Under the pieces are notes generated by a model. The model was not told the origin of the DNA. It did not search any database and saw nothing but the letters and a program-made list of their open reading frames with translations. Shown in pieces: positions 1 through 13,787 of a stretch of 64,000 nucleotides of DNA (positions within the stretch are counted from its first letter, which is position 1; each line of letters starts with the position of its first letter). This stretch comes from Camelus dromedarius (Eukaryota), in assembly GCF_036321535.1 (NCBI RefSeq), contig NC_087437.1:35528001-35592000 (forward strand), in the 5' to 3' direction. The position numbers and the translations under genes are program-made.

Positions 1-667
1 CATTTTGGGTCACATATGGCATTTAATCTTGTCTTCCTCAATTATCAGCTGCTTGAGTTCAGTCATGTTATTCTTTTCAAAGTTGGGGTGGATAATAATT
101 CAAATCCTACAAGATTTTTGTGGGACTAATGTATCAGTTTTACATTTAAAGATGATGTTAAAACAGAGATGAAAGTAGCATCTCTAAATATGTAGCTCTA
201 GGTGTGTGTATGTGTGTGTGTGGTGAATTTCCATGAGAGTATCAACTACTTTGACTGATGAGGAAAGGGGGAGTTCCCTCATATGGATGGAACCATAGAA
301 ACTACAGTAGGCAAGTGTCTGATTTTTGTGGTACCCGGTCCACATAGAAAATGAAAGCAGCAATAAGTGGTATAGTTTCAGGAGAGGGAAGGACGTGCCT
401 TTCCACGTGTCTGGATAGTGTTTGAGCAATACTCTTGGCAAAAAGCCTGCTTTTTGAAGCCGGAACCGCAGGTCAGTCCATGGCAACCCTGAGGGTGGTC
501 AGTGCAGTGGGGCAGCAGTAGGGAGGCAGAAGAATCTTTGAAGACAGCCTGGGAAGCAGGTGATAAGATGGAGAAGTAGTCTCTGGAACAGAGTACAGTC
601 ATTTTACTAGATCCTGGGGTTAACATCATCGCCAGAAGAGCTTTTGAAGCTACCTCTTCATTTAAGA

Positions 668-1135
668 AACTATTTAGCTGCAAGCAACAGAAAAGATGAC
701 CAAGAGTAACTTGAATGCTGAATAATTTTTCACATAAAAAGAATTCTAAAATAGACAGTCAAAGGTTGGTAGAGCTATTCAAAATTCCTTCAGGGAACCT
801 TACGTATTTTCTGTCTTTCCTTCTAGGCAGTCTTGGTGGGTCAATTTTTCTCTTACGCTTTCAAGATGGCAGCTGCGCCTTGTATTAAGAATCGGGGAAG
901 GTAGAATGTAGGAAAGCCAAACTCATTCCTCTCTAAAGGACTTACTTATTTTTCAGTTAGGAAGACAAGCCCTTTCCAAAGATGTTTTTATAGGGAGGTC
1001 CAGGACTCTTATGTAACTTCCTTTGAGTGAAAGCAAAATGTAATGTTTAGCTTTCTAGGCTCTATGAGAAAGGAAACAAGAGTTACTGGTTGGGAACAAA
1101 TGTTGAGTGAGAGGATGACCACTTTGGCCACCCAG
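668..1135 (-). mobile_element. Old MaLR (MLT1-type) LTR, degenerate
   Basis: Begins tttagctgcaagcaacagaaaa and contains caagatggcagctgc; both are typical of reverse-oriented MLT1K/L/N-like LTRs (recalled consensus). Confidence 0.55.
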
Positions 1136-1726
1136 GCCAAACATTATTTCTCTACATGGGACAGAATGCTTGGTGGGAGTTATTGTGTGTTGGATGGGTT
1201 TCTCCTCATGATTCTGGTAGGGAACCCAAAATGAAAAAAAAAAAACAATGTTTCATTGCCATTGGAAATAGGTTACCTGTGTACATCCATTGCTTTGCTG
1301 ATTAGTGCCTCAGTAGATGCTATCTTGCTATATGGTTTAAGACATAATACAGTGACATAATACCTGATATAAAGAAGTGTTCAAAAAATATTTGCTCTCT
1401 TTCTATTTTTGTGTCCCTGATAGCCTATTCTACTTACTGTGCTTTTGGTGGCTAGAACAGAAGACACTAAATTAACACAAGGAAGAGTGAGGTTGCCCCC
1501 CTTCTAGCTCTGCTCCTCCTGTTTCCCTCTCTTTCACTGTGGACCAGCTCTCTCTACACATGGGTTTCCAGCCAGGCTTCCAACCAGGTTCCCACTGCAT
1601 GAGTTTTCCTTCGACTCAGTTCAAATTCGATAATAAAATGAAAGTAATCTGTGCTCTTATTCTTGATGGGTTTTAATGAATGTGTACTTGTTTTTTTTTT
1701 TAAGTGTAAGCTTTCATATAAATGAC

Positions 1727-2165
1727 TGTTGGATGTTCTAGCTACCCCCCGTTATCCATTCTCTTTTAACTTGTTAGAAATAACCTCTATTTTCAGTTGG
1801 TCATATTGCCAGTGAAGTAAAAGTCTACACCCCATTTTGCCTTGCAATCAAGGCTTAGTCATGTGACAAAGTTTTAGCCAGTGGGTTTTAGGTGGAAGTA
1901 TTGTGTGTGACATTTGGAAAATCTCCTTAAAGAGGCAGGCCATCTGAGACCTGGAGTAAGGGAATGGTACCTGGAGTTCTGGCAGTCATCTTGGACTAAG
2001 AGAATGGGGGCTTTACCCAAGGGATGGGGAAAGTGACCATGTAGGGATTGGGGAGAGGACTGTGAAGCTCCCATTCCAGCTCATATTTATAAAATAAAGG
2101 GATATTGTTATTTAAGTCCCACTGGAAATTCTCATTACTGATAAAACTGACAGCCTAATAAGCAG
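1727..2165 (+). mobile_element. MLT1J-like MaLR LTR
   Basis: atccattctc...ccttgcaatcaaggcttagtcatgtgacaaagttttagccagtggg...ggcagtcatcttg resembles the MLT1J/I consensus. Confidence 0.6.
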
Positions 2166-3260
2166 TACAGAAATTATAGGATGGTCAGCATCTAAACTCT
2201 GAAGCTAGAGAGTTTTTCTCTGAGGCAGGAGCAGCTGGTGCTCTTACAGCTGACATTGATAGTGATGAGTGGTGTATAATGACAGTTTAAGACAAGATGC
2301 TCCAGCACAGTGAAAGGAAATTCTCTAAATGTGAATGTCTTGGCACAAAAATAAGAACTTACAAACTCAACCTTTATGGCTGAGTGAAAAGGAGGTAAAA
2401 TCGTGGCCTGCCATTAATCCTAGTGATGAACCATAAACTTAGAATTCATTGCGTATTGGATACTTTATTTTTAGAAATGTTTATCTAGCACTCTTGCCAT
2501 AATTTCTGAAGTAATGTATAATTTAGCCAAGATTGAATTCATGTCTTTTTCATTCATTAAGGCTTATGGAATTTAAATATGTATTTTGCATAAGACATTT
2601 TGATGCCCAAGAAATATTTTTATTTTTAAATCCTCTAAAGCTTTATATTAAAAACAAAGATACTGGATTTTTTCTAGGGGAAAATGAATTAAAAAATAAC
2701 ACTTTGAAACATGATTTTTAAGTGTATTTTAAATGTGGCAAAACATTATTTTATCTTTAATTGAACTGACATATCCTTCAACTGCTGACTTGAAAGCTGA
2801 TGCACCTCCACATCTCTAGGGGCTTTCTTTATATTTACACACACAGTTTTAAACACATATTTAAAAGCAGGGAGTTATTAAATACACATTTTAAGGATGT
2901 AAGAAAAGGCTCTGCTTGTGAAAACACTGTTATTTTTTTCATAAGCTTCTTTACTCCTGAGCATCTTAACCAGACTATTTAGGGAAATTTTAATGTTTCA
3001 TTGTTTAAAAAATGCTTCAGGAGGGAGGAGCCCATAGCTGACATCCTGAGTTCCCCTTTGGGACTTTAGCATAGTGCCAGCAATAATAACTGCAGACACA
3101 CTACTTATTAAGGAGGAATATAAACATTTTACTGCCAGTGTTCTAGAGAACTATGGAATATTATGTTTTAATTTTCTTTCAGGGGTTGTATTTTTTATGT
3201 GATGCAGCTGCTCTGTTCTTTTTCAGTTAATACATGTAACCAAACTCACATAAAAATTAG

Positions 3261-3350
3261 CTTCACTTAGAATGATGGTCTCCAGGTCCATCCATGTTGC
3301 TGCAAATGGCATTATTTTATTTTTTATGGCTAAGTAGTATTCCATTGTAT
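3261..3350 (-). mobile_element. ~90-bp internal fragment of a young L1 (ORF2 end/3' region), no poly(A)
   Basis: cttcacttagaatgatggtctccaggtccatccatgttgctgcaaatggcattattttat...tagtattccattgtat; homologous to the L1 copies at ~12945-13030 and ~42310-42360 in this window. Confidence 0.85.
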
Positions 3351-3359
3351 AGGAAGGAA

Positions 3360-3575
3360 AGTGCTTTTGGAAGAAAATCTGCATTTAAAGCTTGCTTCTA
3401 GCATGTACTAACCAAGTAATGGTTGAGGAAGCTACTTTACCTTTTTAACCTCAGCTTCATTGAGAAAATCTCCAGTATCAAAATGGTACTAATCTTAGAT
3501 GGCTGTTTGGAGCATTCAATGAGGTTATGCATGTTACATATGTAAAGCATCAGGAACATTAAATGGTTAACAGTG
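3360..3575 (+). mobile_element. MIR SINE, degenerate
   Basis: Remnants of the MIR core: ctactttacctttttaacctcagcttc, aaaatgg, ggagcattcaatgagg, atgtaaagca. Confidence 0.5.
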
Positions 3576-6379
3576 GATTTGGTTCCTTCTCTCTGGTTAG
3601 TGTCTGATCAGTGCAGTAAAAATCCAGATGCATTGATTCCTCCCTGGAAGAATCAGTCAAGTTAAGTAAAAAATGAATGTGTGGACTTTTACTCATTAAA
3701 AGCTTGTATATTATATTTCTATTGGAATTCTTACTCCATCTGTGTTGTTACATGTCTCAGCAGCCCTTTAATGACCCCAGCTGGTCATCAGAGACATAGA
3801 AGATGCTTTTTGAACAAGTCTAAAGCAGCTTCCCTGATGAACAAGAGCCTCTCATCTCTCTTTTCTCTGTATTTTTTCTTACAGATATGATTTTCTTTAT
3901 AAGTTATGATATTGTTGCTATAATACAAAGAAATTTGATAGAAACAAGGATTAGAACTAGAAAGAATGTTCTAGATTGTCTGGCCTAATGTTGCTGTTTA
4001 ACAGGCGAGGAGCCAGGGCCGTCAACTTGTGAGTTGCCCGAGAAGAGAAGGCTAATGAGCCTGCAGCCGACACCCAGGTCTTCTCTAGTCCTGTTCTCTT
4101 GCAAACCACACTTCTCTTGTTAGCTATCTTAATTCTTATGGGTAAATATCCATTGAACTCACGGTCTTTAAGGGTATTTTGGAGGTTAGAAATTTGTCTA
4201 TTTTTCTTTAGCTTGAAGGGATTTATCCTAGAGGTTAGTTCAAAATAGTATCAAAATGTATTAGATGCTGAGAGCCTTCACTCAGTACATACAGACACTA
4301 TGGGCCAAAAATGATCACCTGTGTCTTCCAGGGAGGCTGGAAAGATTTCTGTTCTAATCTCCAGTCTTCTGTCTCTGTCTTCTTGGTAGATGTTTTTACG
4401 AAACATTTTAACAGCTTTATGGAGGTGCTTTGATACCACCCTGGAGTCAATAACCCTAAATTAGAATTCTCTCTCTTTCCCCAGACAATTTCCCTTTGAT
4501 CTGTCCTGACTTCCTTATATCTGTTAGTAATACCTCCTCTGCTCTGGCCACCCCAGCTGGAAACCTCAATGCTGGTTTTCATGTTTCTCCTTCAACCATA
4601 TTTAATCAATCAATACATTCTATAGTTCTCACAACCGTTCTTATTCATGTATTATGTTAATCATATTCTCACTGGATTCAGCAACATCTCCTTTCTTACA
4701 AGCCACCTGAACACCTTACAAATTGATCTTTTTCCTCTTTAATAATTACAGAACTTGCAGTCACCCCCTGCTGCTTTTCAAAGCGATTCTGGATGTAAGC
4801 ATAAAAAATAGCCATCTTCTAGGACATGGGCCCAACTTGTCTTTCTCACTTTGCCTTTTCCATTTTTTACCTTGAGTTTTGATCTTTCACTTCCACAAAT
4901 TGTTCTACTTATAAGTCCCTTAAATTCATGATGCATTCCCAGTTCAGGACCCTTGCTTACATTTGTTATTCCAGGAAGATATTCCCTGGACTTATTTTCT
5001 GTCTTATTCTTGATATTTAGCTTAAATGCTGCCTTTGCAAAGAAATATTCCCTAATGACTCCTACCTGTGCAGATCTCTTTCCTATCAACTGCTTTGATA
5101 CCTTTAATGTAATCTATATGTTTGGGACTTATTTTGGATAGTTTTTAATTATCCTGATTATTCAACAGACAATTAACCTGTCAGTTCCTCAAGAGCGGTT
5201 TTGTTACAGCTGCAGTTCCAAACTTAGAGTCTTGTCAATAGTAGATGCTACAAAATATGGACTGACCATTAAAAAGCAAAAAAGCCCCCAATCATAAATT
5301 AACTGATAAAATTGAAAGAGTAAGAGGTTGTGCAATAAAACATAAAAGATTTTAGAAAACAGGGCAATTGTAAATCAAAGGTACCATTTTATTTCAACAT
5401 TTAATGAGAACCTGTGATTTACCAGCCACTTTGCTGGGTGCTGAGGATAGAGGGAGAAATACTATCTTGGATAAAAAGGAAAAGAATGAGTAGAAGAGTA
5501 TGGAGCTTCTGACTGGGAAGCTGAGAGGTGGGTGGCAGAGTGAGGTCATGGGGGTGCTGGCAGAGAGGAGGGACATTTTTCTTTCAAAAGGTAGTTCAGC
5601 CCACATTGGGGTTGATTTCAACATGGAGCCAAATGATGCTGTGTCAGGGTGTTAACGTTCTTCTTTATCAAACTCTGAGCTGTGCCTGCTGTGAATGGCA
5701 GCAAGCCTAGTTTTCCATTGTTTATAACAACAAATGATTTCAAATGTATAAAAATCCCTAAGTTCTGTTGTCAGATGATAATAAGAAGAAAAACATGCAA
5801 ACAAAATTACCATTAAGTTTGATGTACTTGTCCATCTGCAACTGTGTCCACATTTCAGCATTTTATTGCTTAGTTTAGAAGTAGGTAACCTCAACTGCCA
5901 AAAACAATTGAGTATGTTGAATAGAGAAGAACCAAACACAGCATGTGGGCCACAGCTCTGCGTCCTGGAGAATGACCTTCGTTGCTACGCTCCTTTTCAC
6001 TGCCTGAGAATTAGAGGTCTCTAGCAACTTACGGCAATAAAGAATTTATCTGCAATGAAAGAAAATTTATTCAATTTATATATTTGTGGCTTAAGAAAAT
6101 TACAAAAATTGTCCCTGGGTAAAATTCTAAGCATATTTACACATTAGTAGAGTCGAATACTCAATATCGGTAGTGATTGATTAAGCAAATAATAATAACA
6201 AGAATAACAATACACCAACATAGTGTTTGTTCTGTTTGATAATAAAACATTCATAATATAGACAACCAAATTTACATCATTAAGACTCTTAATACCTATG
6301 AAAGAATTAAAATATTTTTAAGCAGTAATTTCCTTCCTCTTTCATCTGGAGATTCATTTTTTGGTTTTCTTGGCTGAAT

Positions 6380-7350
6380 TTTCTTCTCTGGTACTTGTCC
6401 TTAATGGTCTACCCAGGATTTTGTTGGTCAGTTCTCTGCTTGCCTTGCTGGGTAATTGCATTTAGTACCAAGGCTTTAATTAAATGTCACCTAAGGGCCA
6501 ATGATACCCACATTTATACTTCTGTCTCTGACTTTATTATTGAATTCTATGGTATATCTTAAACTGATTTCTAGACATCTCCAGCAGAATTCATGGTTTT
6601 GTTCATAAAGAACTATTCTTCCCACAATTACTGCTCTCAAATGGCTCAAGCCTCTTAGAAGGTATCCTTTTTTCCTGGCTTTTGCTTACCCTTCACGAGT
6701 GCTGTCAGCATCCACTCACATCATCACATCACTCCATCCCTAGTGCCACAGTCCTAGTCAGGCCACCATCATCTCTCATCTCTCTCATCTGGATCTTGTC
6801 AGAGCCTCTTCCAGCTCTTTCTGTTTTCTTACTGGCCTAGCTACAATTATTCTTCACACAGTTGCCAAAGGGAGCGTTTGAAATGTTGATCAGGTCGTAC
6901 AATTTGCTTGCTTAGTGTTGGGAAATGGCTTCTGTTTATGCTTAAAATCCAAACTCCTTCCCATGGCCCCACAGTCCTTCTATGATCTAGCCTATGCCTT
7001 CTGCCCTCCACTTCCATCCTGCCAAGCTGTGTTCCAGCCACTCTGGCCTTTCTGTTCTTGGAATATACTAGGCCTAGTCATTCCTCGAGGTTTTTATGCT
7101 CACTGTCTCTTCCTGGAATCCTCTACCTCTTCTTCCCATCTTTTTTTTTTTTTTTTTTTTATCACTGGCTTCTTCTAGATGTTCAAGGATCAGCACAACT
7201 ATTATTTCATCCCAGAGGACTTCTCTGATCATCTAATCTTAAGTGGTCCCCTTCCTCCCCATCTCCTTTTTTCTCTTTACTTCATCTCATTTTCTCCATA
7301 GGATTTAATATATGAAAACACTCTGTTTATTCTTTTATTGGCTTGTTGTC
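6380..7350 (+). mobile_element. L2 LINE fragment
   Basis: Pyrimidine-rich L2 motifs: tccatccctagtgccacagtcctagtcaggccaccatcatctctcatctgga, aaaatccaaactcctt, ccagccactctggcctt. Confidence 0.75.
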
Positions 7351-7413
7351 TGTCTTTCGTCATCTGGAAGAATTTTTCACAAACTTTTTTGCATGATACC
7401 ACATCTAAGAAAT

Positions 7414-8028
7414 CAGCTGATTCTTGTACTCATGGTAGCTATGTTCTATAAAGTCACTGTGAACACTAGACTAGTGAATGCTGATTCATTGCTCCTATAG
7501 AAAACACAGGATTAGTTTCCTATAAGCCTCTGGTCACAACATCTTCATCCACCCATCAACACATAAGTTAGTTTTATGAGTATTTCTATTTAAAGACATC
7601 CTGTTTAATATATACTATTGACTCATAATGTTGAACTCACTACCAACAGTGCTATCATTCATGCTCTAGTGAAGCTTTTCTAATACATGTTTTTCCCTCT
7701 GTAAAGCATATTGAGATTAGGAGCATTAGCACATTGACACCGTGCTTGGGGACCACATTAAAGAGCAAATCCCCAACAAAAAGCACAAAATGTGAAAGAT
7801 GTGGCACTAAATAGACCACAGAAAGGGGACTTGATTGTGGTAGGAGCTGAAATAAGAAAGCGGACTGTTTCTTTGTTCAGCTTCAGCCTGGAATGTTTGT
7901 GTTGGGCGATTGTTCACTGCTCTGTGTATGTCTGTATGACCATAAAAAGCTGGGAGTGTTGATGTCATAAATTTTAGTGAGTAGGCACATTTGCAAATAC
8001 ATAATGAGTGAATAAGGAGGATTGAGTG
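7414..8028. mobile_element. MER82 (TcMar-Tigger non-autonomous DNA transposon), near full length
   Basis: Degenerate terminal inverted repeats cagctgattcttgtactc and gaataaggaggattgagtg, the latter followed by TA. Internal tatgttctataaagtc, cctctggtcacaacat and gtggcactaaatagacc match the recalled MER82 consensus. Confidence 0.85.
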
Positions 8029-9939
8029 TATTTGTATGGCATACAGGGTAAATGGACTAATGACTTGCATACTTAATAAACACCAAATAGAGATGTCTTT
8101 ACAACCAGATAAGTGACTTGTGAGTTTAGTGCTCCAGCATCCCCAGAGCAGAACCTAGCCACCTAGAAGACTAAGAGGATCAATCGCTGGTACAACCCTA
8201 GCTCATTGGTATACCCCAACTGGAAAGGAAAGTTCTCTTCTAGAATATCATTCTTGGGAGATCTTTCCTGTCATCTTCACTAATGTAACCCAACTGTCTA
8301 GAATAAAGTTCTGCACCTAGTATTTACAGAACAGAGGAAATTGGGGTGGGTTCTCATTCTGTGATGTTGAAGTGAAAATAATGCTTAGCATGCATGTGAG
8401 AGAACTTTTTTGTTCATATATTTATGTATTTATATTCCATTTTCCAAAAGCACTGAAGCAGTTTACAGTAAAATTATTGACATTATAAGTCAAGTCCTTA
8501 ATACTAAATGAAAGACAAAAGTCCAGTAGCTAAAGGACAACTCCATCCATCCATCCATCTCTATGGTAGACTGGTCAAGGTCAATTTCTCTGGCTATTTT
8601 TATCTCAGAGCACAAGGGTAAGAAATGCTTTTTTTTTTTTTTCCCACGTAAGAAATTGTATTTATATTGATGTAGATTCTTATATTTTTCTATTAAATTT
8701 ATGTTTCTATAGTATGGTGGTTCACATTCCTTTGAAAAAAGGGGTAGATATACTTAAATAAAAGGAAAAATAAAATAGTCTCTATCTGATTCAAGAAAGA
8801 ATAATTGAGCACAAATAACACAGAGCTCTGGTAGCTAGGATACAGTACAGTGGATGGCATTACTTTCATTGTTTGGCAGAGGGAATATCAGTTTTAGGAG
8901 ATCTGATTTTTACTAGAGAAGAAGTTTTTACTGAAATCCTTTCTCTGAATGAAATAGGCTCTTAGACTTTTTAATAAGGGAATTTCAGTAAGTTATAAAA
9001 AATTGAGGGAATAGTGCTGATATATATTGAATTTTACTAAGTACCACATAATTTACTGAATCATCTTGAATTTCTCTCATCCCTCATTTTAATCTTTAAA
9101 TAAACTTGTGAAGTATATGCTAGAACTCTCCCCAATGTATAGATGATGAAAGGATAAAGAATTCCAGGTAGTTCTTAATTGGGCTTTACTGAATATTGAA
9201 AACATAATTTTGAGTCTTAGATCTGCAAAGAGAACTCTGTGAGAAGGCAGAGTGAGGTAGGCAAGGTATATAGCTTACTGGGCTTTGTTAAACTATGAGG
9301 TTAATGCTTTAAAATGATTTCTGGTATTTTCTAAGGAAATATTTGTCTATCTGTCCATGCCAGGCAGCAGCAGAAATAGTTTCATTGGTACTGAGCCCAC
9401 ATTAAAGAGACTCATGGCATTGGAATTTATCTTCATAAGAAGGGTGAGACATTGCCATTCAGAATGGATGTCAACTTGAGTGGCTGATTCTAAAATATTA
9501 CACCATTGAAAGGAGGAGGATTCACAGATGCATTGAAAAGCATTTAGGAATCCTTTTCATCCAGCTCTCTTCTAAAGGCTGTTAAATTTTGCCATCATTG
9601 ATAGGCTGCTGATCTGACCATGCCGAGGTGCATGTGTCCTGGGGTAAAATTGAAATTGAAGTGGATATGACATGGGAAACTTGGTGCTGATGTGCTAAGG
9701 AGCCTGCGAAAGAAATTGTTTTCTGTTATCAGAATGTCAGAGACACAGCCTGTTGATTGAATGGAAGTTCTGAGTAAAATAGAATTCTGTGTGTGTCGAG
9801 AACTCCTTCCCTTCATTTTCCTTCTTTGAGAATTTCCTGGGGCCAGATATGAAACCTGAGGACAAGGACCCCTAGGAGGCTGGAAATGAGATAGAATTTG
9901 CAGTGGCAATGGTGTTCACCCTATGCTTTGCAGCACAGT

Positions 9940-10110
9940 GGAAGCACAGGACAGCACAAAAGAGTGTGGATCCTGGCACTATAGTTCTGGGGTAGAATCT
10001 CAGTTCTCTCAGCTTTTGGGCAGGTCATTGGAGCCTCAGCATTTTCTTCTATGAAATGGGGACCTGATACGTACCTCAAGGACTTGAGTAGAATCCAATG
10101 AAACAATGTA
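9940..10110 (+). mobile_element. MIR SINE
   Basis: tttgggcaggtcattggagcctcagcattttcttctatgaaatgggga...tacctcaaggacttg (MIR core). Confidence 0.6.
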
Positions 10111-10262
10111 TCTTCATATTCTTTCACACCCCAGGCATTCATCCAGTGCCAATGAAATTCTACCTTCCTCACTAAAAGGTCTGGACTCATTAACCATGGG
10201 GACAGCCTCCCTCTCCAAAGGTCTGAGATTTTTATATCAGATTGCTGCTCTGCTCTACCCCC

Positions 10263-10442
10263 AAACGTTGGTTCTCAAATGTAGCCACACACTGGAACCA
10301 CTTGGGTAGTGTTAGAAACTATTGATGCCCAAATCTGACCACAGAAAATCTGATTTAGTTAGTCCTAGGTACGTCCTAAACATCAGAATTTAAAAAATCT
10401 CACCAGATGATTCTAATATGCAGCTCAGGTTGATAAACAGAG
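10263..10442. mobile_element. MER5-family hAT-Charlie MITE
   Basis: tggttctcaaa...ctgatttagttagtcctagg...ccagatgattctaatatgcagc...gttgataaac. Confidence 0.75.
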
Positions 10443-12114
10443 GTCTGAAGGATTGTAATGGTGGGGGGGTAATCCCACTTTTCCTCTAGTATGTGTCATA
10501 TTTATTCCTTTCTTATCCTGGAGACTTGTATACAAAGGGTCATGCTATTTACGTCTCTCTTTCTGAGTCATAACTTCTACCAAAGCTTCTATTTGGTTCC
10601 TCTTCAGACAAGGGCTAAACAATTGGTCCAGTCTTTGTTGCAGGAAACTGACAGGACCCCAAGAGATCTGTCCTACTTTGTGCTTAGGGCAGACGGTGAA
10701 GGCAAAATAAAGGATAAACAGCCCCGTGAAATACCAAACAGAAGAAAAAAAGGAGATACAGAGCAAGACCAGAGTTTGGGGAATTAAGAAGATTAACTGA
10801 AAACCAAACAAATGAATAGTAGTGTTTAAAAGATTACTGAAAATAATTCAAATTTATTACTTGCATAAGGCAATCATCACATAAGAGAAAAGATGCATGT
10901 ACACTGCAACATGGATTGCAGCATATATATACTAGAAATAAATACTAGAATTATATATACATATATACTAGAAATACTGCAACATGGGTTACACATATAT
11001 AATTTATATTATATATACTAGAAATGAAGTGACCAAAAAATAAATAATTTAAGATCCAGAGGTTTATTAAGAAGTTACCACTTTTCTCAAAAGACTTTGA
11101 GCTGTAGTGTATTTATAGAAGAAAAGTTGCTATGACTCAGTGAGTTATCTACGTATTGGTAGGCAACTCAAATTTGGAATTCATCATAACCAGTTGACTC
11201 TACACGGTGCTTACCCGCTTACAGTTTGGGAGGTCTACGGCCCTTTGATGAATAGATGGAAAGTTCACAGGAGTAAGGGGTGCCTTCTTTCAATGAATTT
11301 GACTGATTGATACAGGAAATTGGGGTGGGGCACAAGCTGAGTATCATAAGATGCCTGAAGAACCTGAGGAGATGGCAAGAGAGGAACTTTCGAGACAAAA
11401 GTTATTGAACTCAAGACAATGAACAGCTGATTTCCCCCAGTATCTCCTTATAATACTTTTCCTATAACCATCAGAAAATGTTGGTTAAAAGCAAGCTTAT
11501 AAATTGAAGGGGCATTGTGAAATTGAAGAAAGGTATTTTCTGATTTTTGTTTAAATGTTTATTTTGGAGCTAGCTTGGGGGCATCCATACTCTCACTTCC
11601 ATGATGTCATGAGCACTCCATCATCTCCAAAGATTCTGTGAGTCTGACTACTTTTTTGGGTCTTCTTTTAGGCTTTCCCAACACCAGAGGGACACCTAAG
11701 AGGTTTGGGGACCAAAAATATGGAATACAATCATAATTTAAATGTTCCACTAATCTGTTTGAAATGTGTGTGTGTATGTATGTATGTGTGTATTTGTGAA
11801 GACAGAGAGGAAGAGAGAGACATGGAAAAAGAGATGCTTTTTGAAACCTTCATATACTCCTGCCTTGAATAGCTGTGGGATTCCCTAGCTTATAGATGTA
11901 ACTGACTATGATGAGACCCATGAAGAGGACATAAATGAACATTTGGGAGTAAATTCTATGGGCTGATCCTGATGCTAAGAGAGAGGCTGACTGCAAGAAT
12001 CATGGAGCTAGAAGTTCTTCTAGCCCTCCTCACTTGTAGAAGTTTGGATAATTTCCTCAATTTCTCAAAGAAACGTGTTCCACTTTTAAATAATGCTATT
12101 AGAAAGTCATTCTT

Positions 12115-12500
12115 TTGTTCATTGCAGCATTGTTGTAGCAGCTAAAAACAGTAGGCAAACAAAATAACTAGAAGTAAAAGAACATTTAAATAAATTATAA
12201 TATGTCCATTCAGTGGAAAAGTATGCGTCTGTTAAACAGAATGCAGTAGGTCTATCCTGACATCAGAGTATGAGAAACTGTCCAAAATACATTATTAAAT
12301 AAAAATAGCAAGGTACAGAACAATGAGTACAATATCATTCATAAGATAGACATTCAGATTTTGGAGGTGAGAGACGAAATGTTGTTCACTGCTTTTCTCT
12401 GGGGAGTGAGATTGTGGAATTGAGAGGCATACGGTTATCTTACATATTTTTGATAGTCTGATTTTTTTAAGCCACATAGAAAATATTTTTTAAAAAAGTA
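12115..12500 (+). mobile_element. Ancient L1ME-type 3' end
   Basis: tgttcattgcagcattgttgtagcag...aataaattataatatgtccattcagtggaa...ctctggggagtgagatt. Confidence 0.6.
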
Positions 12501-12556
12501 AAAGGGAATTTTTTTCTTTTTAATGTTGAAACAAGTATTCACTTTGTGAGTAAAAG

Positions 12557-13787
12557 TTTTTTTTTTCAGTTGGATTATAGCTGATTTACAATGTTGTGTT
12601 AGTTTCTGGTGTATAGCATGGTGATTGAGTTATACATATATGTGTATGTATATATATATATATATATATAAAATGCTGTTTTTCATTATAAGTTATTGTA
12701 AGATATTGAATATAGTTCCTTGTGCTCTACAGTAGGACCTTGTTGTTTATCTATTCTGTATATATTTGTTTGTATTTGCTAATCCCAAACTCCCAATTAT
12801 CCTTCTTCCTCCCTCTTTCCCCTTTGGTAACTGTAAGTTTGTTTTGTGACTATATCTGTTTTGTAAATAAGTTCATTTATGTCACTTATTTAGATTCCAC
12901 ATTTAAGTGATATCATATGATAGTTGTCTTTTCTCTGTCTGACTTCTACTTAGTATGAAAATCTTTAGTTCCATCCACGTTACTGCAAATGGCATTATTT
13001 CACTCTTTTCTATGACTGATATCTCACTGTATATGTACATCACATCTTTTTTCCAATCATCTCACAGACATTTAGGCTGCTTCCATGTCTTAGCTATTGT
13101 AAATAGTGCTGCTATAAACATTAGGGTGCATGCATCTCTTCAAATTAGAGTTTTCTCTGGCTATATGCCCAGGAGTGGGATTGCTGGATCATATGGCACA
13201 CCTTCTCCAGCATTTATCATTTATGGACTTTTTAATTATGGCCATTCTGACCAGTGTGAGGTGGTACCTCATTGTAGTTTTGATTTTCAGTTCTCTGTAT
13301 GTTAATCTTATAACCTGCCCCCTTTCTTGAATTTATCAGCTCTAGCAGTTTTTGTGTGGAGTCTCTAGGGTTTTCTATATATAGTATCATGTCATTTGCA
13401 TATAGTAACAATTTTACCCCTTCTTTTCCAATTTGGATTCCTATTATTTTCTTGTCTGATTGCTATGGCTAGGAATTCCAATACTATGTTGAATAGAAGT
13501 GGCGAGAGTGGGCATCTTTACCTTGTTCCATTTTAGTGGAAAGGCTTTCAAGATTTCACTGTTGAGTATTATGTTGGCTGTGCTTGTCATACACAGCTTT
13601 TATTACATTGAGATAAGGGATCTCTGTATCCACTTTGGTAAGAGTTTTTATAGTGAATGGATGTTGAGTTTTGTCAGATGCTTTTTCTGCATCTTTTGAG
13701 GTGATCATGTGGTTTTTGTCCTTTCTTCTGTTCATATGATTTATCACATTGATTTATTTGCACTTGTTGAACCATCCTTGTGACCTA
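12557..13787 (-). mobile_element. 5'-truncated young L1 with two internal deletions and a TSD
   Basis: Poly(T) at 12557-12566 followed by L1 3' UTR. The ORF at 13556-13747 ([23 protein letters not shown]) matches the L1 ORF2 RT motif [23 protein letters not shown]. TSD tgagtaaaagtttt (12547-12560) vs tgggtacaagtttt (13788-13801). Confidence 0.95.
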
